This document shows positions 1 through 7,984 of a stretch of DNA of 64,000 nt, one piece after another; within the stretch, counting starts at the first letter, position 1, and each line of letters begins with the position of its first letter. The position numbers and the translations under genes are program-made. Origin of the DNA: Vicinamibacterales bacterium (GTDB taxonomy: Bacteria > Acidobacteriota > Vicinamibacteria > Vicinamibacterales > UBA2999); the NCBI GenBank assembly GCA_035495795.1, contig DATJFF010000196.1, forward strand, positions 1,326 through 65,325, written 5' to 3'. The notes beneath the pieces were generated by a model, which searched no databases, was not told the origin of the DNA, and was given only the letters and a program-made list of their open reading frames with translations.

Positions 1-428
1 CTGAACGGCTGCCGATCCACCCCTTCTATCACTGCAAGGTCTCGCTCGAGGACGAGCCGGGCGCCAGAATCGATGACCCGTAGCAGCCCGAATCAAGCGA
101 GTTCGAATCCCAGTCAGGTGTTACTGCCGGCCTCGGATCAACTCGAAAGCATCGCCACCTCCGAGTTCTATGTCGCGTCCGGATCGCTGCCATAGGTGTC
201 CGCACCGGTGCCGCAAGGCTGCGCCCGGGCGATCGGCCACCGCCTGAACTGACCCACAGGCGAACGACCGTGAGAGTACGAGTGCCGAATCGATTACGCG
301 CATGCCGAACACGACCTGGTTATTTTCGACGGCAGCGAGACGGTTGGTGCTAACCTCAAGACCCCCGTTCGACGTTCGAGTTGAGAGTTCGCATCACACA
401 ATCAAGCGTCCCTTCTCGGGAGGTCGGC

Positions 429-998
429 ATGGTCAGCGTTGGCCTTGGACGTCGCGCGTTCGTCGAAGCGCTCGCTGCGGTGCCGTTCGGAAGGGTCGCT
501 CCATTGATCCAGACATCGAACCAGCCTGTTGTGAAGGTGGCTGCGGGATCCGGACGCGCGAACGACATCATCAAGCTGCCGGGCGGCGACCGCCTTCACG
601 TCAAGGTCGCGACCCAGGATAGCGGCGGCGCGCTCTTCATGACCGAGCAGCCGATCGAGCGCCGTGGATCCGGCCCACCCAGGCACTACCACGAAGAGCA
701 GGACGAGTGGTTCTATTGCCTTGCCGGAGAATACGTCGTCGAAATCGGCGATCAACGGTTTCGGCTGGGCCCAGGTGATTCGGTTCTCGGACCTCGACGT
801 ATTCCGCACGCGTTTGTCTACGACGGTGCCGGGCCGGGACGAATCCTTATCGGATTCACGCCCGCGGCCCGCATCGAGCAGTTCTTTCGTGACCTCGAAA
901 AGCGGGGCGAGTACTTCGGGAATGGCTCGGCGGCGGACAAGGAACTCGTACACCGCCTGTATGGCATCGTGAATATTGGACCGCCCCTAACACTGTGA
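429..998 (+). CDS. Cupin-domain protein with Tat-type signal peptide
   Basis: Lies within ORF 381..998. ATG 429 follows GGGAGG. The N-terminus MVSVGLGRRAFVEALAA carries a twin-arginine motif. Cupin motifs PRHYHEEQDEWFYCLAGE and GPRRIPHAF are present. Confidence 0.8.
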   Translation: MVSVGLGRRAFVEALAAVPFGRVAPLIQTSNQPVVKVAAGSGRANDIIKLPGGDRLHVKVATQDSGGALFMTEQPIERRGSGPPRHYHEEQDEWFYCLAGEYVVEIGDQRFRLGPGDSVLGPRRIPHAFVYDGAGPGRILIGFTPAARIEQFFRDLEKRGEYFGNGSAADKELVHRLYGIVNIGPPLTL

Positions 999-1170
999 GC
1001 CACATCGGTGGCCTTTCCGCCATTTGCACGACGTCAACTTCGGCGTCGCCTCGCCTTCCATCCTCGTCGTTGGCGACTGGGAAGGCAGCGGTCTTCCGCC
1101 GGGCTGGATCGCGTCCAGGCAAACGAAGCGGGAAGGAAGCCGTGGCGTACAATCAAGGCGCCTGCCAGCG

Positions 1171-2148
1171 ATGGAATTCTCGATGACCAACCGACTCCTG
1201 ACCAGTGGCTGCGTGGTCGCGGCCGCACTCGCTGTCGCGCACGCCCAGCAGCAGCCGCCGACGTTCGGCACCACGACACGCACCGTCGCAGTCTACGCGA
1301 CCGTCACCGACTCCCAGGGCCGCCTCGCGACCGACCTCTCACGCGACAGCTTCGAGGTCTACGACAACGGCGTCAAGCAGGAACTGACCGTGTTCTCGAA
1401 CGACCTCCAGCCGATCACCGGTATCATGCTGCTCGATCGCAGCGGCAGCATGAAACCGAACCTCGAGCTGCAGGTTCGCGCCGCAGAAACGTTCGTCCAC
1501 GGCATGCTCGCCGAGGATCGGCTCCGCATCGGCAACTTCGGCCAGGACATCGTCATCGAGCCGGACGACTTCACGTCGGACCGTAATGCGCTGTTGAAGG
1601 TGCTGCACGGCGACTTGCAGCGCGATGGGCCGACGCCACTGTGGAACGCGATCGACCGCGCAATCGACAAGTTGCTGCTGGAGAAGACCCGCCGCGTCGT
1701 CGTCGCGATGAGTGACGGCGTCGACGAGCCCGTCGACTTCAGCGGCCGCGCCAAGTCGATGAAGGACGTGATGAAGCGCGCCGAGGACGACGACATCATG
1801 ATCTACGCCGTCGGCGTGGAAGGACTGTCGCCGATGCAACCCGCGGCGCAAGGGTTCGGCGGACCGGGGGTCATGCCGCCGCAGCGGCGCAACCAGCCTT
1901 TGATGCAGAAGCCCGACGATGGCATGGCGAAGATCGCGGCGGCGACTGGTGGCGGCTACTTCGAGCTGGCCTCGCCGGGTGATGTGCTGGGTAAGTTCGA
2001 TCGCGTCATCGACGAACTGCACCACCAGTACGCACTCGGCTTCGTGCCGCAGAAGGCCGATGGCAAGCTGCACGAGCTCACCGTGAAACTGAACAGGCCG
2101 GGCTACAACGTCCGGGCGCGCAAACACTATCTCGCGCCGCGCCGCTGA
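1171..2148 (+). CDS. Secreted von Willebrand factor A (VWA) domain protein, acidobacterial VWFA-related type
   Basis: Lies within ORF 1024..2148. ATG 1171 gives the signal peptide MEFSMTNRLLTSGCVVAAALAVAHAQQ. MIDAS-like LLDRSGSM and later AMSDGVD are present. The N-terminal FEVYDNGVKQEL block fits the TIGR03436-type family (name recalled from memory). Confidence 0.85.
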   Translation: MEFSMTNRLLTSGCVVAAALAVAHAQQQPPTFGTTTRTVAVYATVTDSQGRLATDLSRDSFEVYDNGVKQELTVFSNDLQPITGIMLLDRSGSMKPNLELQVRAAETFVHGMLAEDRLRIGNFGQDIVIEPDDFTSDRNALLKVLHGDLQRDGPTPLWNAIDRAIDKLLLEKTRRVVVAMSDGVDEPVDFSGRAKSMKDVMKRAEDDDIMIYAVGVEGLSPMQPAAQGFGGPGVMPPQRRNQPLMQKPDDGMAKIAAATGGGYFELASPGDVLGKFDRVIDELHHQYALGFVPQKADGKLHELTVKLNRPGYNVRARKHYLAPRR

Positions 2149-2213
2149 GGGCCAGCCAGGTCATCACCTTGCGGCGTTTCGCGTATGGCTAAGACTCCGC
2201 ACGTTCTGATTCG

Positions 2214-3320
2214 TCAGCTCGCGGTCGTCAGCATCTGGCGCCGCTTCTCCCCGACAGTGGCGACCAACTGATCGAACGAGGTGGCAAATGCCCTGATCGC
2301 ATCTGCCTGCAGCTGCTCGGTGATCGCGTGCACGTCAAGCCCGACCGCCGCCGCAGTCGCCAGTATGGCGTCCACTTCTTCTTGCCCTGTCCCGAGCGTG
2401 GTCCGAACCCGTCCGTGATTTCGAAACGCATCGAGCGTCGCGGGCGGAATCGTCGTGACCGTCTCCGGACCAATCAGCGCTTCGATGTACAGAACATCGG
2501 AGTACGACGCATTCTTGCTTCCCGTGCTCGCCCATAGCGGCCTCTGGACGCGCGCCCCACCTCGCTTGAGGGTCGTGAACGGCTCGGCGTCGAACAGCTC
2601 ACGGAACCGGCGGTAGATACGTCTGGCGTTTGCGATGGCAATCTTACCCCGCAAAGAAAGCGCGGCGGGCGAACCGATCTTCTCGAGCAGGCGGTCCGCG
2701 ACTACGTCGAGTCGACTGACAAATACAGACGCAACCGATGTCACTTGATGGGGCTCCGGGTGGCGTTGAATGCCTCGAAGGTAGGCCTGGGCCACGGCCT
2801 CGTAGTGCTCGAGAGAGAACATCAGCGTGATGTTCACGTTGATTCCGTCAGCTGTCAGCATCTCAACCGCCCGAATACCCGCTTGCGTGGCTGGCACCTT
2901 GATCATCACGTTCGGTCGAGCCACGACCTGCCAGAGATGCCGCGCTTCGGCGACGGTGGCGCCAGTGTCGTGAGCAGAGTCTGGCGAGACTTCGAGGCTG
3001 ACGAAGCCGTTTGCGCCGTCGCTGTGGTCGTACTCCGGTCGAAGGACATCAGCGGCCAACTGGATGTCCTCGACGATCAGGCGCTCGACGAGCGCTCGAT
3101 CACCGATGTTACGTTCAGCATCGAGCAAGCGACGGAGTTCCGCATCGTAGTCGGTGCTACCGGCAATTGCCTTGTCAAAGATGGTGGGGTTGCTGGTCAC
3201 CCCGCCGAGACGGTCCTGTTCGATCAATCGGTGGAGTACGCCGCTTGTAATCAGGCTGCGGCTGATGTGGTCCAACCACACGAACTGGTCACGTTGGTTC
3301 AATGCGAGGAGTGGATTCAT
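2214..3320 (-). CDS. tal: Transaldolase
   Basis: From ORF 2214..3383, with the start moved to ATG 3320 (MNPLLALNQRDQFVWLDHISR) behind AAGGGA. GVTSNPTIFDKAI and the active-site lysine block MIKVPATQAGI are transaldolase signatures. Confidence 0.9.
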   Translation of the reverse strand: MNPLLALNQRDQFVWLDHISRSLITSGVLHRLIEQDRLGGVTSNPTIFDKAIAGSTDYDAELRRLLDAERNIGDRALVERLIVEDIQLAADVLRPEYDHSDGANGFVSLEVSPDSAHDTGATVAEARHLWQVVARPNVMIKVPATQAGIRAVEMLTADGINVNITLMFSLEHYEAVAQAYLRGIQRHPEPHQVTSVASVFVSRLDVVADRLLEKIGSPAALSLRGKIAIANARRIYRRFRELFDAEPFTTLKRGGARVQRPLWASTGSKNASYSDVLYIEALIGPETVTTIPPATLDAFRNHGRVRTTLGTGQEEVDAILATAAAVGLDVHAITEQLQADAIRAFATSFDQLVATVGEKRRQMLTTAS

Positions 3321-3739
3321 GAGGGTTCCCTTTCGGAGCTCGGTACCACTCGAACAAAGCGGGTCGCCCGCTTTAGCTCGCATGGCCTGCGACTGATCCT
3401 TCGTCTGGTTTGTCAGCAGATGTCCCGTTCAACAGCAACTTTCGTTCCCATCGCTTTTCATGACAAAACGCGGAATCAGGCCGGCTTCCTGTCGTTCAGT
3501 GAGAAACGACCCTTTCAGAACGAAATCGCGCTCGCCTAATCAAGATCGGCGCGGGCTGTCGGCTGCATAAGCTGGACCCTCCTTTGCTCCTCGTTGGATC
3601 GTTGGCAGTTGGGGTGGCGCTCAACGGAGGTTGAACTCCTGAAGTTCCAGCTCGACCGGCGTTCCCTGGGAGCGTTGACGAGTGGCAACCCGCGCTGCAG
3701 CGGCCGTGTCTCGCGCGTATTCTCGGACCAGGAGGAATC

Positions 3740-3829
3740 ATGAATCCCCTTGCCGGTCCTGACGCCGTTATCGAATGGCTTCGCTACGTGCAACATCAGG
3801 GCCCCGAGTGCCACGGAGAGTCGCGGTGA
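3740..3829 (+). CDS. Candidate small ORF (29 aa), possible upstream ORF of the usp gene
   Basis: ATG 3740 lies 4 nt after a perfect AGGAGG (3730-3735) inside a ~580-bp intergenic region. The peptide is MNPLAGPDAVIEWLRYVQHQGPECHGESR. No family recognised. Confidence 0.3.
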   Translation: MNPLAGPDAVIEWLRYVQHQGPECHGESR

Positions 3830-3904
3830 GGGGCGCCAACTGGCTGAACCGGCTGCTGTAGGTGAAACTATCGTGGATCGCCTGGGAGCCGAAGGAGCTT
3901 GAAA

Positions 3905-4783
3905 GTGCCATTGCGAGGACCCGTCCTGGTGGGCACCGATCTGACGGACGCGGCCGAAGAGGCGTTACGCGCTGGCGCCGAGCTCGCCCGCGCCCTCAAG
4001 AGCCGGCTGGTCGTCTGTCACGTGATTCCCGACCTGTGGCCCGAGGGTTCTCTGTTCGACCACTTCAGGAAGACGAACCGCCACGCGCGCGACGTCGTTC
4101 TCGCCAACGCACGGCTCGCGGTCCAGGCACAGTTGGATTCCGTACTCACAGATCCGATCGCTGATAGCGTCGACGTCGTGATCGAAACGGGGACGCCGCA
4201 CGTCGGCCTGCTTCGCCACGCAGAGCAGATGGGTGCCGGGGTCGTGGTCGTCTGGCCCGGATCCGCCGCCACCGATGTCGTGCGGCATGCAGCGACCTTT
4301 GTCTTAGTGGCGCGACGCTCGCCGCGCGGCCCGGTGGTCGGCGCTTCGGACTTCTCCGATCCATCGCTTCCCGCGTTGCACGTGGCGGCAGTCGAGTCGC
4401 AGCGCCGTGGCGTGCCGCTTCACCTCCTCCACGCCTTTGACATTGTTCCGTTCGCAGAGCGCCGTCCGCCCGCGGCGGCGATGCCATATCTGCAGGACAA
4501 GTCGTGGATTGCGCTCGAAGGACTCGACGAAGTCCACTCGATGGCCAGGCAGCGCCTCGAGCAGGCGCTGCATGAAAGCGGCCTACCGGGCGAGACCGCC
4601 ATTGTCTCGGGTTCAGCGAGCGAAGTCATCGTCCGATATGCCGAATCTGTCGCCGCGGAGCTCGTGGTGGTTGGAACTCAGGGGCGCAGTGGCCTCACGC
4701 TTCTGAGGCTCGGCAGCACCGCCGCGTGGGTCGTTGACCGAGCGCCGTGCTCCGTCTTGGTCGTGCGGCTCGACACTCACTGA
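3905..4783 (+). CDS. Universal stress protein (tandem Usp domains)
   Basis: The track gives ORF 3899..4783 with a TTG start. GTG 3905 is better spaced from GAAGGAG (3891-3897). The protein has two Usp halves, and the C-terminal motif VVGTQGRSGLTLLRLGSTAAWVVDRAPCSVLVV is the UspA ATP-binding type. Confidence 0.85.
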   Translation: MPLRGPVLVGTDLTDAAEEALRAGAELARALKSRLVVCHVIPDLWPEGSLFDHFRKTNRHARDVVLANARLAVQAQLDSVLTDPIADSVDVVIETGTPHVGLLRHAEQMGAGVVVVWPGSAATDVVRHAATFVLVARRSPRGPVVGASDFSDPSLPALHVAAVESQRRGVPLHLLHAFDIVPFAERRPPAAAMPYLQDKSWIALEGLDEVHSMARQRLEQALHESGLPGETAIVSGSASEVIVRYAESVAAELVVVGTQGRSGLTLLRLGSTAAWVVDRAPCSVLVVRLDTH

Positions 4784-4807
4784 TCGGGTCATCGAAAGAA
4801 GGCCCGC

Positions 4808-5225
4808 ATGGCAGGTTTCAAGGCCGGATACTTCGTTGGCAGCCTCGCGACCAGGTCCATCAATCGCTTGCTCGCAAGAGCGCTGGTCAGAGTGGCGCCG
4901 GCAGATCTCCAGCTGACGGAGATCTCGTTCAAGGATTTGCCGCTGTATAGCTACGACAACGACACGAACTACCCTCCAGTAGCGACGGCATTCAAGGACG
5001 CCATCGCGGCGGTGGACGCCGTGCGAACACCTCCGCAGCATTCTTGCCTTCTGCAATTCGCCTCTGATGAACTCGATCGAGGCATACATTCAGGTCGAGG
5101 ACGGCCTGATCAGCGAGGACGGGAGCGTGTCATACGGGCCAACAAAGGAGTTCCTCCAGAATTACATGTCCGAGTTCCACAATTTCATCGCGCGCGTTTA
5201 TACCGTATTGCCGCGCAATACCTAG
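4808..5225 (+). pseudogene. NAD(P)H-dependent FMN reductase (ChrR/YieF-like) disrupted by an internal out-of-frame deletion
   Basis: The N-terminal part, in the frame of ATG 4808, reads MAGFKAGYFVGSLATRSINRLL...DLPLYSYDNDTNYPPVATAFKDAIAAVDAV up to ~5023. The family's C-terminal part reads in a different frame from 5025 (EHLRSILAFCNSPLMNSIEAYIQVEDGLISEDGSVSYGPTKEFLQNYMSEFHNFIARVYTVLPRNT, stop 5223-5225). The central LFVTPEYN...flavin-binding segment is absent. Confidence 0.7.
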
Positions 5226-5325
5226 AGGTGTTTGGCGACGGTGGCATTGAGCACACGGCGCGGTTCCTTCGATTGCACCCGGACCGTACAGAGTTAAGAC
5301 CGACGCCACTTCGGCGAGGGTCGTC

Positions 5326-7293
5326 ATGACAACACCAAACCCGCAACCGCCTGCGTCATCGACGGGCGACACGCCGTCCCCGGTGCCGCCACCTAGCCAC
5401 GCTCCACAAAAGCCGTGGCGCGCCGAAGGTCTTCCACCCCGCCAGCCGGAGAAGCCGCGGCTGCGGCGGTCAACCATGGCGATCTGGCTGGTCGGATACC
5501 TGCTGCTGTTCGGAGTGCTGACGGTTCAAGATCGGCTGGCCGGACCACAGCCCGTGCCCTACACCGAATTCAAGAATCAGGTGGCCAGTAAGAACGTGGG
5601 CGCCCTCTTCGCACGTGGCAACTCCATCCAGGGCGAACTGAAGAAAGCTGCGGCGATTCCCGACGAGAAGGAGCGGACGTATCAACAGTTCTCGACCGAG
5701 CGGCCGACGTTCGCGACCGACGACCTGCTCACTGAGTTGACCGGCGGCGGTGCGACGGTGCGGGCGACGCCTCTTGTGGCGCAGCGCGGGTTCCTCGCGA
5801 ACCTCCTGATCTCCTTCGCACCGATTCTGCTGCTCGTCGCGTTCTACGTCTGGATGTTTCGCCGCCAGCAGGGCGCGATCGGCAGCATCCTCGGCGGCGG
5901 GAAACAGAAGCGCGTCGATCCAGAGACGATCCGTGTCAATTTTGACGATGTCGCCGGAATCGACGAAGTGGAAGCAGAAATCAATGAGGTCGTGGACTTC
6001 TTGAAGGACCCGGAGAAATATCGCCGCCTGGGTGCCCGTGCTCCGAAAGGTGTCCTCCTCGCCGGAGCGCCAGGCACCGGAAAGACCTTGCTCGCTCGCG
6101 CGACCGCTGGCGAGGCCAAGGTTCCGTTCTTCAGCGCCAGTGCCTCCGAGTTCATCGAGATGATCGTCGGCGTCGGCGCCAGTCGGGTCCGCGAGCTCTT
6201 TACCGAGGCGAGGAAAGTTGCGCCGGCGATCATCTTTATCGATGAAATAGACACGATCGGCCGGGCGCGTGGAGGTGCACGGGCCGTGGGCGGCCACGAC
6301 GAGCGCGAGCAGACGTTGAACCAGATCCTGACCGAGATGGACGGATTCTCCGGCCACGAGGGGGTGGTCGTGCTCGCTGCCACGAATCGACCGGACGTTC
6401 TCGATCCAGCGCTATTGCGGCCCGGCCGATTCGACCGCCAGATCATCGTCCACCCCCCGGATCACAAGGGCCGTGTAGAAATCCTCAGAGTGCACACGCG
6501 CAAGGTTCCTCTTGCGGCCGACGTGAATCTCGAACAACTCGCAAGCTCAACTCCTGGCATGACTGGCGCCGATCTCGCAAATCTCGTGAACGAAGCGGCG
6601 CTCCTTGCCGCCCGTCGCAGGCAGGATGCGGTCCAGCAGCGAGATCTGACGGACGCTCTCGAGAAGGTTCAACTGGGCACTGCGAGGAATGTCGTGATTC
6701 CCGAGGCAGAGCGACGTCGCACGGCGTACCACGAAGCCGGGCACGCACTGCTTGGGATGCTCCAGCCAGGTGCTGATCCGGTTCGGAAGGTCTCGATTAT
6801 TCCGCGGGGCCGTGCGCTGGGTGTCACGCTGTCCACGCCCGAATCAGATCGGTACGGGTACGACGCGAACTATCTTCGCGGACGCATCATCGGCGCACTG
6901 GGCGGCATGGCGGCAGAACAGGAGGTCTTCAACATCGTGACGACCGGCGCGGAAAGCGACCTCGAGATAGTCACGCGGATCGCGAGATCCATGGTCGGTC
7001 GGTGGGGGATGTCCGAGCGGATCGGCACGCTCTCGGTCCTGCCTGCGGAAGGCGATCCGCGGATGTTCGGCATCTCTGACGGACTGCTCGACGCGGTCGA
7101 TGAGGAGGTGCGGCGGATCACTGACGAATGCTACACAGAGGCCCGTCGGCTGCTGCGCGACAATCGCGACAAACTTGATGCCATCGTCACGCAGTTGCTG
7201 GTTCGCGAGAGCCTGGACGAGCCAGAGATCTACGCCGCGGCTGGAATCGCGCGTTCAGTGGGCAAGCCCTCGCCAGCCCCAGTCCCGGGGTAG
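5326..7293 (+). CDS. ftsH: ATP-dependent zinc metalloprotease FtsH
   Basis: Walker [14 protein letters not shown], Walker [32 protein letters not shown] and the zinc site HEAGHAL are all present. ATG 5326 follows GAGGG. It gives a ~50-aa Pro-rich N-terminal extension. The alternative ATG 5476 has no SD. Confidence 0.95.
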   Translation: MTTPNPQPPASSTGDTPSPVPPPSHAPQKPWRAEGLPPRQPEKPRLRRSTMAIWLVGYLLLFGVLTVQDRLAGPQPVPYTEFKNQVASKNVGALFARGNSIQGELKKAAAIPDEKERTYQQFSTERPTFATDDLLTELTGGGATVRATPLVAQRGFLANLLISFAPILLLVAFYVWMFRRQQGAIGSILGGGKQKRVDPETIRVNFDDVAGIDEVEAEINEVVDFLKDPEKYRRLGARAPKGVLLAGAPGTGKTLLARATAGEAKVPFFSASASEFIEMIVGVGASRVRELFTEARKVAPAIIFIDEIDTIGRARGGARAVGGHDEREQTLNQILTEMDGFSGHEGVVVLAATNRPDVLDPALLRPGRFDRQIIVHPPDHKGRVEILRVHTRKVPLAADVNLEQLASSTPGMTGADLANLVNEAALLAARRRQDAVQQRDLTDALEKVQLGTARNVVIPEAERRRTAYHEAGHALLGMLQPGADPVRKVSIIPRGRALGVTLSTPESDRYGYDANYLRGRIIGALGGMAAEQEVFNIVTTGAESDLEIVTRIARSMVGRWGMSERIGTLSVLPAEGDPRMFGISDGLLDAVDEEVRRITDECYTEARRLLRDNRDKLDAIVTQLLVRESLDEPEIYAAAGIARSVGKPSPAPVPG

Positions 7294-7454
7294 CGTGCCG
7301 GGAATCGTCGCTGTCGGTTGCGACGCTTGCGCGAGTCGCGTCGCCGAAGTGTCGATACAGACTGACAGCATAAACGGCGAGGCACTGGCCTCACCTCCAC
7401 TGCTGGACACAGAGGCCGGCGGGCAGGACCCACACGCCCTGCGTTACGACGGGG

Positions 7455-7658
7455 CTATTCGTCGAGGACGAACGTGACCATCATGTTGACCTGATAGTCG
7501 AGAATCTTATCGTTGTCGCAGCGCACGTGCTGCTCTTTGATCCAGGCGCCGCGGATATTACGAAGCGTCTTCGAGGCCCGCATAAGCCCCTGTTGGATGG
7601 CATCCTCGAAACTCTTCGATGACGTGGCACTGATCTCGGACACCTTGGCGACAGACAT
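7455..7658 (-). CDS. Dodecin-family flavin-binding protein
   Basis: 67 aa: MSVAKVSEISATSSKSFEDAIQQGLMRASKTLRNIRGAWIKEQ...YQVNMMVTFVLDE matches the dodecin pattern (..SFEDAI...A.KTLRN...YQV...F.L). GAGGAGG lies upstream. Confidence 0.85.
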   Translation of the reverse strand: MSVAKVSEISATSSKSFEDAIQQGLMRASKTLRNIRGAWIKEQHVRCDNDKILDYQVNMMVTFVLDE

Positions 7659-7984
7659 CGCGTCCTCCTCTCGTGAATCCTCGGGCTAGTGGCAGGAGCG
7701 ACCTCGCACGCAGGCCACCGCCTGAGCCGTGTACGGCGACCCACCCGCTCTCTGAGTGTAATAGGTTCGACGGCACGAGCGGCTGGAGCAGCCGAGCGAT
7801 TTCAACATTCGACGCAAGTAACCGCACGCCACGCCGAGGCCCGTGAGCTGGCGGCTGCGTCTTTTTCTGTGCCGATTCGCTTCTATCAGGCACAGTGTTA
7901 GACTCGCGGCGTACGGCGCGGCGGAGCACTGAGCCGCGCAAACTGAGCGCAGGGGCCAGCGTGACGGACCAACGCCAACCCTCC

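Noticed and set aside
3-83. An open frame running in from the left window edge (…ERLPIHPFYHCKVSLEDEPGARIDDP, stop 81-83), considered as the 3' end of a gene. The 63-aa minus-strand ORF 121..312 was also considered.
   Set aside because: Both are too short, and neither has a recognisable motif. Neither can be supported as a feature from this window alone.
101-110. GTTCGAATCC, resembling a tRNA T-loop, near the window start. Considered as a possible tRNA or att-site remnant.
   Set aside because: The flanking bases do not form a T-stem (GCGAG against CCCAG). No acceptor, D or anticodon arms can be drawn, so no tRNA is supportable.
3638-3645. Extra CCTGAAGT 8-mers (3638-3645 and 56621-56628) considered as additional copies of the hairpin module.
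   Set aside because: Only the 8-mer matches; the flanks do not align with the module. An 8-mer is expected by chance about once or twice in 128 kb of two-strand sequence.
3740-3829. The small-ORF peptide (…VIEWLRYVQHQGPECHGE…) considered as the remnant of an IS1595-type transposase zinc-ribbon N-terminus.
   Set aside because: The resemblance is vague: there is a single Cys-His pair and no CxxC pairs. No transposase-like sequence follows in any frame, and no inverted repeats flank it. It is kept only as a low-confidence small ORF.
5476-7293. A shorter FtsH starting at ATG 5476 ([10 protein letters not shown]…).
   Set aside because: ATG 5326 has a GAGGG SD at proper spacing, whereas 5476 has none. 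The Pro-rich N-terminal extension is plausible for FtsH. The short form remains possible but is less supported.
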